This document shows positions 27,027-39,000 of a stretch of 64,000 nucleotides of DNA, piece after piece; position 1 is the stretch's first letter; each line of letters starts with the position of its first letter. Under the pieces are notes generated by a model. It was not told the origin of the DNA. It did no database searches and worked only from the letters and a program-made list of their open reading frames with translations. A program made the translations under genes and the position numbers. This DNA comes from Albugo candida (taxonomy: Eukaryota): NCBI GenBank assembly GCA_040437565.1, contig JBDOQK010000028.1, forward strand, positions 310,001 to 374,000. Direction: 5' to 3'.

Positions 27027-27576
27027 TGTGTTCGCTGTTGATGGAATATTGAATTGTGATGACCTTTTAGCTGAATGCAAATTGGTACAATCCACCACCA
27101 CTCAATATGGTGCAACTCCCCTAGAATCAACATTTTTTGACCAAATTCAAAGTCTATCAGACACCTGGATTGGAAAGCTTTGTCAGGTTTTTTTGCACCA
27201 AACGATAGCTTTTGAAGTGCGAAACATTTTGTTGCAAGCAGATTCTGCATATCTTTTTTTTCATGGTGCTGGTACGCTTCAAATTTTGACCTTTTTGCAT
27301 GTTTTTTAAAATCGGCAGGATTTGAAACACCCCCGTGTGAAAGGTCGTACGCTGTTCAATTTTTTTTGTGGCTGGAATGAAAGGAATCAAGGCAGCAAGG
27401 TATTCAAACAAAAGAGGAATCTCTATGTACAGTTTTTGGCCTGGGATGAGAGGAGATAGGGCATGGGAGGGGTAGAAAAAACGAGGAATGGCGATGATGT
27501 ATATATGGCAGAGTCATAAGGAAATCCAAAAAAAGAAGCTCAAACACCTGTTAACACATTGATATGCCTGCAGAAA

Positions 27577-30423
27577 TCAATCGTTGACGTGTAGACGTCG
27601 GTGCAATTTCATCTTCCGTCTGTCCCGCTCAACATTCTCCGCCTCACCACCAGCCTTGCCTTTGCTACACATTTCGATGTATCGCCAGGATGTTCAAGCG
27701 TACTTCCAAATCTCCTTTATGCTCACTCCAACGAGGATACCAGGGAGCCTCTCCCAAAGCGAGGTGAAATTATAATTACATTGGTTCCGCGCTGCTCTCT
27801 TGGCGGCTCCCCAGTACCTCTCGGTGAAGTTGCAGTCACAGTGGAATTTGGGGTAATATTCAATAATGTGTCCTGCCTTCTTCACCTCCATCTCCAGGGC
27901 TGAATCCTGCTCAGCGAAATCGGATTGAATCATCAAGGCATGCCTCCAGCAACAGTCCTTTGCTAGAGGCAATGCCTTGGAATGGCAATCCAGATTCCAA
28001 TTTATGTTGTGAGGAGGCCCGATCCCTCTTCCCTTCAGCACCTGTGAGAGAGCAGCTTCAGTTGTGGGATTGCATAAGTGAGATCCTGAAAGCACAGAGA
28101 AGAAAGCTTACCATCTCGATGCCCTTAAAGTAATCTCTAACTCTGTTGTGGGTAAACCACATGGATTGCCAGCTTTTTTGGTAGTAGATGATGTACCATC
28201 AATCTTTGTACTGGTATATTTTCTCCTTCTTGGGCTTGAGAGTCATCCTTCCAGCCACCAGAGCGTTGAGAGAAACCGCCTGATGATTGGAGGATTGGTC
28301 GAAAGAAAAAAGTCCTGTGGAAGAAAAAATCAATCTTTAGTTCCAACTAGAAATGTGAAACAAGAAATTTGAGAAAATCACCAATACATCCTGGATGAAG
28401 AATGTTGAAAATGGGGATGGCCTTCTCATTGAGTTTCCTTACCATGTCTTCACTTTTCCACCAACCATCTCTGTTCTTGCCTGCCTTGATGATCTCTCTG
28501 GCTGATGAGAAGTGAGCCCATTCTCCCTCGCTTGCTGATCAGTGACTTTCTTGGGACCATGGCACGGGCACACAAAGTCGCTATTCATGATTGACCCTAC
28601 TGTTCCTTTCTTCTTAATCCAAACTGCCTTCTTCTACCCAGAACTCCTCTCTTCCATCGTTTCCATCGTTGCTGTAGAAGGTAGACTCATCATGCGTCAC
28701 TTGCACATGCTTGTTGTCCCACCTTGTCCTCCACCAGCACATCCATCTTCTTTTTGTACTCAATTATCCTCTTTGACCAACCGGTCTCTATGCTTCACCA
28801 CATCCTCCCTCTCATGACCGTTCATATACAGCTGCTTTCCCATTTTCTTTTTTTTAAATCCCCAGATCTTCAGGTACTTGACAGTGGTCAAGTAGCTGAT
28901 CTTCTGCTACTTCTCTCCCAGGAACTTTGGGAAAATGCTGTTTTGGAGGACCATCTGGAGCTCTTTGGGCGATCTTTCATTGAGCTTCCTCCTTCTCATC
29001 CATGAAAGGCACTCCCTATTGATATCAAGGTCTGCCAGCATCTCTCTATTTTTTTGAATGTCGGCCTTGCTGATGAGTTGGAGAGGCTTTGGTGACCAAG
29101 TACCGATCTGCCGAAAGCCCAAAGTTCCTGCATGCCCAGTCTGACGTTTTGTGCAGTTTGTCGTTGGCTGCAGTAGCTGACGCTTCCTTCTTTCTCATGC
29201 CCAGGTAAAGCCGTCCTTCCAGATATGGAAGATGGCCATAAGTCTCAAAACAAGATAAGGTGGGAATTTTCCCCAGCTGCTTTTCTGGTTCTGTATACTT
29301 TTCAGCCCTTCCTTCAAACAATTAATGGCCTCTTCCATCCTATATTCTTCTTCTCCCTCTTCTCCCTGCTGCTCACTACTCTCATCTTCCGATGCAATGG
29401 ACAGCTCCTTTCTTATAGGTAGAAGATCTCTTCTTCTTCCCCTTCTTTTCCTTTTCTAGCTGAGCCTAGACAGCAGCAATTCTCTTTAGTAGCTGAGCTG
29501 AGTTTGTTTCCAGCCAGTCTTCTTCCTCTTTACCTTCATCTTCCCCCTTCCTTCCTCTTCCTCTTTTTCCTATCCACTCCAGTCTGACATGAGGCTCTGA
29601 CAGTCGAGATCCTCTGCTGCCTGCACCTCTTCCTGCTGTTGTTTCTGTGCCTGGAGCTGCCTTTTCTTTGTCAAAGATTTCATCACACTGTTTATCTGGT
29701 TCTTTAACTACCTTCCTTATCCCATCATGAGCCCCTGACCGTGTGAATATCACTTAGGTCTGACTTCAAACCTAGGGAGGCAGATATTTTCCAAGCTTAT
29801 TGCTTGGGTGGGCTCAAACCGCTNNNNNNNNNNNNNNNNNNNNNNNNNNNNNNNNNNNNNNNNNNNNNNNNNNNNNNNNNNNNNNNNNNNNNNNNNNNNN
29901 NNNNNNNNNNNNNNNNNNNNNNNTCAAACCGCTGCCCACACTGCCGGGGATCGAACTAACGACCTCCGGCAGGGGGTCCGTGCGCTCAAACTGAAAACCG
30001 ACTGAGCTGGGTACGGGAACCCCGTCGGGGGGCTTAGCGGATAGTACACATAAGTTCCGACCGTGTGTACCCCGGTTCGAATCCCGGTGGTGGCAAAAGG
30101 GCTACGATGGGGCCCCTCGGCGGAGGCAAAGATTCCTCCACGTAAATATCAATCTACTCAATGAAGATATGGACGTGTCAAGACCGCTGGCAACTACACC
30201 AGAATATAACTGCACAGGAGTTGGACCGGGCTCTTCAGAGCGTTACACACTAGTGATCAGAATAGAGTAGATAACCACCAAACTGTAATATCAGAAAGGT
30301 GTCTAAATAAAAGTACTACGGGCGTACACCCTTCACTAAACTGAGATGGGTACGGGCCCTGAAGCTGCCTCTTCTTGTTGCTGGCTTGGTGCAAGTTAGC
30401 TTTCTTTTTTTGGGAGAAGCCAT
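27577..30423 (-). pseudogene. Intron-containing DDE transposase (DD135E spacing), decayed
   Basis: NGHEREDVVKHR, THDESTFYSND, GSIMNSDFVCPCHG, KNRDGWW, FDQSSNH, FKGIEM|VLKGRG, YPKFHCDCNFTERYWGAAK. GT-AG introns at 28315-28381 and 28042-28111 restore the frame. Putative start MASPKKKK at 30423. Several stops and frameshifts. Confidence 0.8.
29753..30144. mobile_element. tRNA-derived SINE-like insert with two divergent tRNA-like modules
   Basis: Minus strand 30014-29935 carries AGCTCAGTCGG...GAGCG...GTTCGATCCC. Plus strand ~30027-30095 carries a B box GGTTCGAATCCC (30074-30085). Flanked by aatatca direct repeats (29746-29752, 30145-30151). Spans a gap with a 10-bp overlap. Confidence 0.6.
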
Positions 30424-30718
30424 TATAAATGGTTTAGTTCGATAACACGCGCAGACCCTTACCAACTTTAATCAAATTTACATTCTTATTTTTAAAAATT
30501 AACTTTAATAATGTTTGGAATAATTTAAATTTCAAAAAATTTAAATTTAAATGAACATATTCGAGAAAAAAAGCTTCGGTTGAATCACAAAACTCCTTGG
30601 ATTTGTTAGGAATTTTTTGCCTGAAATTGAAACAAAAAAAAAATTGCTGGTTTTCGAGGAGTTGCACCATATTCAACTTGGGGGTACGCTATACCTGTAT
30701 GAGTATTTACAAGAAAAA

Positions 30719-31040
30719 GTTGCACACCTCGCATCTTAAACAATTTGTTAACGTTCCCAAAGTACCGATCACGTGCTTTGTGAGCATGGAAGCGTACCTA
30801 AACCATGCAGGCGCGACACATAGGTGTACAATACCGTAATAGTATTCTTAGCCTCGTTTGATGAACGGATTTTTTGAATCCGAATTGTGCTCTGTCTGAT
30901 TAAGTAAATACGTAAGGTTGCACGTCTCGCGGTGTGAACATGTAGGCGACGTTCCCAAAGCTACTATCACGTTCTTTATAGCATGAAGCGAGCCTAAGCG
31001 TAAAATGCAGGTTACACACATAGGTGTTTGATAGTGTGAT
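30719..31040. repeat. Diverged ~200-bp tandem repeat (2 units), homologous to 49997-50540
   Basis: Units begin gttgcac..ctcgc at 30719 and 30917 and share cgttcccaaag...atcacg...cacataggtgt. Confidence 0.75.
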
Positions 31041-31395
31041 CTTTTCTTTTTTTGGGTTTATCAACTTAAAAAGCCTAATCAATAAACAGCTCAGCTTCTG
31101 AAAAGGCAATGCTTGATGGAAGGTAGCGTTTTTCGACCTGACGGACTCGTGTGTCCGCAGAATGTTCGGCACAAATAGGAGAACTCAATATGCCAAATTC
31201 TCGGTTGATGGATGTCCAGATATGCGCTCATTTGAAGAGAAGAGAGAAGAGTCGTAGTCCGATATTTTGCGATTGCAGACATGTGCCACCCATGCGATCC
31301 TGCTTAGATTTCAATCGATCGGAAGCCGAATGTAATCTGAGTACATCATTAGGTTGTACTGTCAATAAAGTATCGTCATTCAATGGTATCTATTA

Positions 31396-34300
31396 TGCTG
31401 AAAAGGTGCGACTAGTGATGTCGAAAGATCGCGATCCTTGGAATGGATATAGCGCCTCTTAGTAATCTACGAAGATTGTAGGAAAAGGAAAGAAGTGATA
31501 ATAGGATCATAAGCTTTAAAGAAAACAGTTTCTCATTTACCTCACACTGATCAAGCAGCATGGAAAAACAACAGGTTATGAGCCCAAGCCCCCCGGAAGA
31601 CCCTCCAGCAGCTCCACTATGCGCACACGATGATACGACAAGTGTTAGCGTGGCGATCTCTCAATCAAGTGAGCACGGGCCTCTGACCATGGTGTAGGTC
31701 GTCTGAACAGACTGGAGAAACTCATTGGGAATTTAATGCGCTATATGGCACGGGAACGCGCAGAGCGTACTCAGATGCCTCACGCAGAATCAGGATCCGG
31801 AAACGATAGTGGTTTGAGCTTCTTCAGCCAGTTCTTGGGTGCTCGAAAACAACGACCAGAACTGAAGCGCTTAGTGAAGCTATGGGGGTATAGATGCCTT
31901 TTGCTTCACCGCAACCCCGAGTGCAGCAGCAACAGTTTTTCCCAACAGTTCAGCCTACGCCGTAAGCACATATGCAGGCGTTCAGCAGTGTTCTTCCCAG
32001 CAGAACTTTGGGATCAAGATGCCGACCGTTAAAGAATATGAAGCTTCCGATCTCGCGTTTTACTGGAAAAGAAGAATACAGAGGACTTGGAGCTGGATTC
32101 AAAGACCGGGGATTGCAGTTCCTAGACGAGCTTGGTGCAGCCCAGCAACTTAGTGGTGGAGAATGACCTAAAGAGTTCAAGATGAGGGCACTTAATCGAT
32201 CAATATCTTGGTGGAAGTGTAAGGAAACACTTCAACAAGATGAAACGGATCTGGACATCAGAATTACCAACGATTGAACATCTGATGAAATAGATGTTGG
32301 AGGTCTACGACAGAGAAATTACTGTGGAGCAAGCCACGCGGTTGATGCGGGCGAGGAAAGAAAATGATCGCTCCTGGACGGAACACTACCAATACTTTGG
32401 GTGAGGTTGCAAGTTCGGTGAATCTTCCAGACAACTTTGTTCTTCAGTATATTTGCGAAGGGGCACCGTCAGAGTTGAAGCGATCAATGTAGTCAAAGAC
32501 TCGACCGCCGCCGTACTGACCATTTCAAGCAGGCATGGGAGATGGCAGACTTTGACGCGATATTCAATCATGGTACAAGCGCGAATGCGGTTAGTGTGGG
32601 CAGACAATCTACTGAAGGCTATAATTATTCTCGGAGTTTGGACGCTGCGATAAAGCCAGTGGCACTTGGAGATGGAAAGCGATGTTGGGGTTGCAATCAA
32701 GTCGGCCATACCAAGCGAGAATGTCCAAAAAAGCCAACGGAAATCAAGCGTCGTTCGCTTTGAGTGCCAACGTCAGTCAAAGTGGTCAAAATCGGACCTG
32801 GATTTTAGTTAGTGGCGTGAGTAGACACCTGGTGATGGATGACACCATTCTCGCTGATGCGGTAGACTGCTCCGACGAATGCAACGTTGCATATGGACAG
32901 TCGATTAAGGTCACGAAGGTTGGTCAAGTTACGCTGAGTGCTATCGTGGATGGGACCGCGCATGTGGTCACTTTAAGTGAAGCCTATTACGCTAAAGCCC
33001 TTGCGCATAACTTGTTTTCAAAATGCAAGTTTTGAAGAGAAAGGAGTTGCTCTGAGCTACGAAAACGGAAGGCGGTACCTAAAGCGTGTCAGAGACGGAG
33101 CACGAGTCTTTGAAGTTGAAGAAGAAACAGCGTGCTGGTAGTAAACACTCAGAGTGAAGGTACATCATCTACTAGGATTAAGGTCGTGTATGCCACTCTA
33201 CAGGCTGCTAGTTCTAAAGTCGACACCATGGGTCGAGTAAAATGCACGTTATTGCAGCTACACAATCGTCCTGGACATCTCATGTACGACACGGTCGAAT
33301 AAATGGACGACAGTGCAGGCTTGGGAATTGAGCTAGTCGACCGAACTCAACCAAAATGTCTTACATGTGCTCAAGGCAAGTAGTCGAAGAATTCGCAGTC
33401 CAAGAAAGATAATGGCGCGCATTCACCAATTGATCAAATTGGTGGAATTATCTGCAGTGACCTTAGAGGTCCAATGGCGCCACTGGACCGAAACGGAAAC
33501 CGATACATGATCAACAAAGTTGATCACGTATCAAACTTCTGTAGAGTTCTCATTGCGCGGAAGAAAAATCTTGCTGCCCAGATGTTTGAGCATTTTTTGA
33601 CGTTTTCGAGCGCGCTTTTGAGTGAAAGGTCCACATTTTAAGGACAGTGGCGGAGGCGAATATCACAATGTCGATATGTTTTGCAAGTCGACTGGGGTAA
33701 TATGACAAATAAGTGAAGCCAATAACCAAGCATCCAACGGAAAGGTGGAGTGCATGCATATGACTGTGCTCAATATGGCGCGATGCGTGTTATTCGCAAG
33801 TGGATTACTGTTACACTTCTGGGGTAATGCAGTGTAGTACGCCGAGTATATTCTAAGTATTAGCCCGAGCAGCTCGAATTCAAATCGAGTGTCGCCGCTT
33901 AAAATACTGACGGGAAAGAAACCAAGTATTTTTGACATAGTGGTGTTTGGAAGTCCGTGTGCTATGTATCGCGACCCGGGACGAAAGCGTGGAAGCCACG
34001 GTTGGAGAAATTGTCGGAAAGCACGACGAGACTAAGGGGTCCAAGTGTACCTTCCCCACGAGTAGTTGGTAGTGACAACGCAATACGTCAAGAGTACTGA
34101 GGATGCCGCTGAACTGAAGGAGCTACAAGCGATCGGAAGAAAGGTTTCAAGGCGCGGGAATCGCGGGAGAAAGGGCGCTACTACTTCCAACACAACTGGA
34201 AATGATGATGCTGACCATAGAGAAGAAAAGAGACCTAGAAAGCGTATGACTCCTCGAAACATGGGCGCGAAACGCGTTCCGATGGCGATGGCTCGTGTGA

Positions 34301-36057
34301 TTGGAGATCCGATCTCATAACGGGAATCAATACAGTCTGTAGAGGCGAAGAAGTGGCGTGATACGATGCGCTCGGAAATCGAATCCCTGAAGGCAAACGG
34401 TACATGGGGGCTGATAATTCGCCCGCCTGGTCAAAAGATATTGCATTCCAAGTGGTTTGTCAAAACCAAGAAGCACGCAGATGGAACTCTTGAAGGATTT
34501 AGGGCGAGACTTGTGGCATGCGGTAACGAGCAAGCATTTGAAATGGATTCCACGTTAACATTCAGCGCTGTGATGGACATGACGACTGCAAAAGTCGTTC
34601 TAGCTCTTGCACGAGTATGGCTCGGCACGGCGATTTCCCAAACGCTTACGTAATAGCCGGAAAAGAAGCAGGGTGGCGGATCGGCGATAGCGCTAGTGGG
34701 AGTCTACGTGGACGACTTGCTGGTTATCGGAACAAGCTTCAGCTAAGTAGATCAATTTATCAAGGACATGCGTGTGCTTGAGGTGAAAGATCTCGGAGAG
34801 GTGACCAAGTTTCTTTTGGCATTGAAATAAAGTACGAAGACGATGAGGGTTATCAACTTGAACAAGCGCAGAGTATTCGCATATTTCTCATTAAACTTCA
34901 TTTGGAGCAGGATAACCCGGCGCGCACACCTATTGGGGAGGAACAAGATGGCGAGGATGAGGGTGAATCATTACCAATTGGTAATAACGGCACGGCTGAG
35001 CACCCAACCGTCAAAATGCTCCATTCAATAATTGGAAGTCTGTCATGGCTGGCTCGTTGTACGAGACCGGACATTGCGTTCGCGGTGCATCGAGCCAGCC
35101 GACGTGGACACGCTCCACGAGAATTCNNNNNNNNNNNNNNNNNNNNNNNNNNNNNNNNNNNNNNNNNNNNNNNNNNNNNNNNNNNNNNNNNNNNNNNNNN
35201 NNNNNNNNNNNNNNNNNNNNNNNNNNGAGGATGAGGGTGAATTATTACCAATTGGTAATGTCGGCACGGCTGAGCACCCAACCGTCAAAATGCTCCATTC
35301 AATAATTGGAAGTCTGTCATGGCTGGCTCGTTGTACGAGACCGGACATTGCGTTCGCGGTGCATCGAGCCAGCCGACGTGGACACGCTCCACGAGAATTC
35401 GATTGGCGGTGGACAAAGAGAATTGCTCGCTATCTGAAGGGTACTATTGACCTAAACTTACAACTAAAAGGAACAGCCACAAAGGATAAATCGCCAACGA
35501 TTAGGCTGGAAAGCTACAGTGACGTAGATTATGAAGCGAATCGTACGGACCGCAAATCTGTCAGTGAAGATGTCCTTTGTCTTAATGGAATGATTATTGG
35601 ATGGATGTGTCGATTTCAACAAGTGAGCGTGGCTCTATCCACGAAGGATGCTGAGTTCTTGGCAGCTTCGATGGTGACAACTGATTTGTTAGGACTGAAG
35701 GAGTTGCTAGGAGTTGCTAGGAGAAATTGGAGTGCATGTGGTCAAACCGATGGTGATGCACGTGGATAATCAAGCTGCGATAAGGCACATTCAAGGAGAA
35801 TATAGCGCAGGTAGGGCTCAACATATCGCGGTGCGACTCAAGTTTATCAAGGATTAAGGAAGTGATCAAGGTGGACTACTGTGAGTCACGTTTCATGCGA
35901 GCTGACATTCTCAACAAGACGTTTTCCACGCCACGGCTCAATGAGCTACGCAAGCTAGTCTCACTGGTGTGATGACATATCGGGAAGGAATGTTGAAAAG
36001 ATGCGAGTAGTGATGTCGAAAGATCTCACACTGATCAAGCAGCATGGACAAACAACA
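31396..36057 (+). mobile_element. Ty1/copia LTR retrotransposon, decayed
   Basis: 5' LTR 31396-31573 (TG..CA), PBS ggttatgagccca at 31574. Gag knuckle CWGCNQVGHTKREC, protease WILVSGVSRHL, integrase (ICSDLRGP, SNGKVE), RT (EIESLKANGTW, YVDDLL), RNase H (YSDVDY..DRKSVS, DNQAAI). PPT gggaaggaa, 3' LTR 35991-36057. Many stops. Confidence 0.95.
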
Positions 36058-39000
36058 CATTCCTCAGTGTCTTTGTGACTCGCTCTACACGAATACCAAC
36101 TCTGTGTAGCGTCCAATGCAGATGTGATTGACATCATACGAGATTATGATACCTTGTCGCAGTACGAGACCTGAAGAAATATCTATATCCTTATCCCTGC
36201 AATGCCAATGGCTTTGATTCTTCCCTGCAACCGTGAAAACAGCAATCATTGGGTGACAGAGTTCAGCAAATGTACACATGCAAGATGCTAAAGTTCTTGT
36301 GACTTTTCGTTTAGAAACAGTAGTGGGATTCATCAACATTTCTCTGTTTGACTATATAGAAGACAGCCTGTATCCAACTTTGCCGTAAGATTCATGTAGT
36401 CAAGTATTCTGGCTTGCATTATGGCTGTTTTCGTGTACGTTTTTATATGTCGAGGTAGCTCGGTATCTTTGAGGACAATATAGCTACAAATAAATAATCT
36501 ATGGTCTCCAGAGATTATACTATCTCTCATTCAGATAATTGCTATGGACTTCCATATTTGATGGCATAAATGACAATCCTACACCTGTTTCAAGAGATCT
36601 GAAAGTACATCAGTTTTTAATGCGCATCGATGTCATTCGTCATAAAATAATCGAAAATCTTTCCCCAATGCCATTGTTTTCGCTTCCAGCGGCTGCCACC
36701 CTTTCAAGGCTGTCTGATCAATCTCGTCGTCATTTGGTCCCTTAACATCAAATCAATATCAATCACGATCCGCGACGGGGCAGAGCAATTGGACACCATC
36801 GAAAGATCCTTTCTGAACGCAAACCACGGTGTATGTATACGAACGGATATCATTAAGGTCAATAAAGTCGATTTCTACAAGCAGTTGTGTCACTGAAGCA
36901 TTACGTGGTGTACTCATACGAGTATTTAGTGGAGTGATAGGAATTGATCTCATGCAATTGTATCGGCTTACGACTTTGCTGACACGTGCTTTCCAGCTGT
37001 GAAGCTTAGATCGTGTATGGGAATGCAAAGGGAATCATGTGATCTTACTATAGTTTAGATAGTGTCCCAACGTGTGCAAATAAGTCATCGATTTCTTTGC
37101 GATCAAGATGGATGTGAGTGATCTATCCCGAGCCATACGCGTACATTGAAGGATTTTTGAAAGTCCACAATTGCGCAAATAAAATGTGTGAAGCGGCTAA
37201 GATCGCAATTGGATCGGAAGTTGATGTATGCAGTGGAAAGGGGCTGTGATAAGCAGCTTGCTAATTCTACGCGTTTCTCAACGGCATTCGATGAAGCTGC
37301 TGGACACAGGCTGCAATGGAGATTTGAAATCGGCCTCTTCAATCCGATCGCTATCCAGCCACGCTGTACATCTGAAGATCTCAGGACACCAAAACCGACT
37401 AACAAAGCATGAATCTCGCACAAAGATCAGTTATGTTGCTTCAGAATCACGGCAGTACATTTACAGCGTGGTGTTCGAATTGAATTTGGACCACATTCGA
37501 TATAGAGGAGACGGCTTATGCGTAATCAGTATGGTCAATTGTGCCAGGAAGATTACAATAAATTGCGTTGCGTTCAAAGCCCGCTGAAGTTCATGTAATC
37601 ATCGGATAAACGTAACAACATGAATCATCTTAACGGCTGCGGGACAATGACACATCTACATCCGAATTCGGAGGAGCTCTTCAGCATGCTCAAGTCGCTG
37701 ATGTAGCGGTCCTAGTTCTTGGAATCGGTAGCACAGATGAGCGAGAATCCAGAGATCGAAATAATATCAATGTCTCACTTATCCAATCAAAGCTTTTGAA
37801 GTTCTATACGGTTCTGGGAAGTCTCTTGTTTTGTCCTCTTCACTGATGGTATTATCGGCCTAGAAGAGCCCTCTTGTACGATGAAAGCGCACCTGAAGCG
37901 TTTCATCCTGAACGTATTAGAGCTCAGACGGTTGCTGAGATTTTAGCGATGTCATTCGAGTGGAAAACTTCCACTGACAATATACCGAGCCATTTCATCA
38001 TTAATGTCGATATGAATAATATGCACGTATCGCTGTATCCAGGTGGTAGCTATCGATATTATGAAGTGTTTCCATTCGAGTTGGGATCGAGCAATACAAA
38101 CTTCAGCATCGAATCAATTGTATAATACAAAAAAGCGGCATCCGTCTTTGATTACTGCACATCCAAAGAGTATCAGAAGCAGAACAGAAAAATAATGAAT
38201 ATCGTTATCACGGCGAAGTGTTGACACGTGCCTCCTTACGACCACTTGAGATCCATGCATCCAGTCCGATGGAATCACTTCAGTATTAGCCGCTCTTTCA
38301 TCTTAATGCTGGCGATACGCTAAAGTGCAGACGAATGAATTACTTGCATTAACGATACGCACGGCAATTTGTGTGTTTTTAAAGGTTTCTAGTAGCTATC
38401 AGCTGATCAGTTCCAACGGCGTGTAAAAATACAGCTCACAATTTCGGTACAAACTCGCAATCCTATAAGAATTCATCGCAAAACTCTGACGCACGTAAGC
38501 ATACCTGGTTCATGAACCTCAGAGAATGGGAAGACAGGTATAGTACAGCATGATATTGAAAGCCTTGATATACCCCGGTCACAAATCATCAGAGCTTACA
38601 AATGCACTACTCAGTAGGCGTTACAAGCGTGTTGTCATCATCTGCGTCTGCAAAGAACTCGATACTGAGAATGTTTACGAAGAACTCACACGTGCTGTGC
38701 ATCAAATGACGGCTTAGGCGCTATCTATATTGACTGGCTTGAGATTTAGTAAGGATTCATACCAAAACTTGATTAAAATCCTTAAGTACAGCATGTTGGC
38801 ACCCGTGGGAAGAAGCTTTAGCCCAGGACTTCGATTAGAATACGATTCTAAATGCCTGGAACACATATCTTTTTCGCTGGTTCGTGCTAGATGGGATAAT
38901 ATTGCGTTGATCCAAAAAAGAAGATGAACGGCAGGTGCTTGGCGTGATCCATCTAGCGTCTTCCAATGCATTGCTACCATCCAGTATTTCTGATCTACCG

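Larger units (their letters stand above)
27108..30669 (-). mobile_element. IS630/Tc1/mariner-superfamily DNA transposon with terminal inverted repeats and TA target-site duplication
   Basis: TA|TGGTGCAACTCC (27106-27119) and GGAGTTGCACCA|TA (30658-30671); imperfect similarity extends ~40 bp. The flanks rejoin into sequence homologous to the paralog locus at 49720-49840. Contains a DDE transposase. Confidence 0.88.

Noticed and set aside
29935..30095. Two functional tRNA genes
   Set aside because: B boxes are present but I could not pair proper acceptor and anticodon stems, so it is treated as a tRNA-derived insert.
36085..37030. Possible GH5 glucanase remnant (AAAGSENNG)
   Set aside because: Only one weak motif, no recognisable catalytic NEP/GEW, and many stops.
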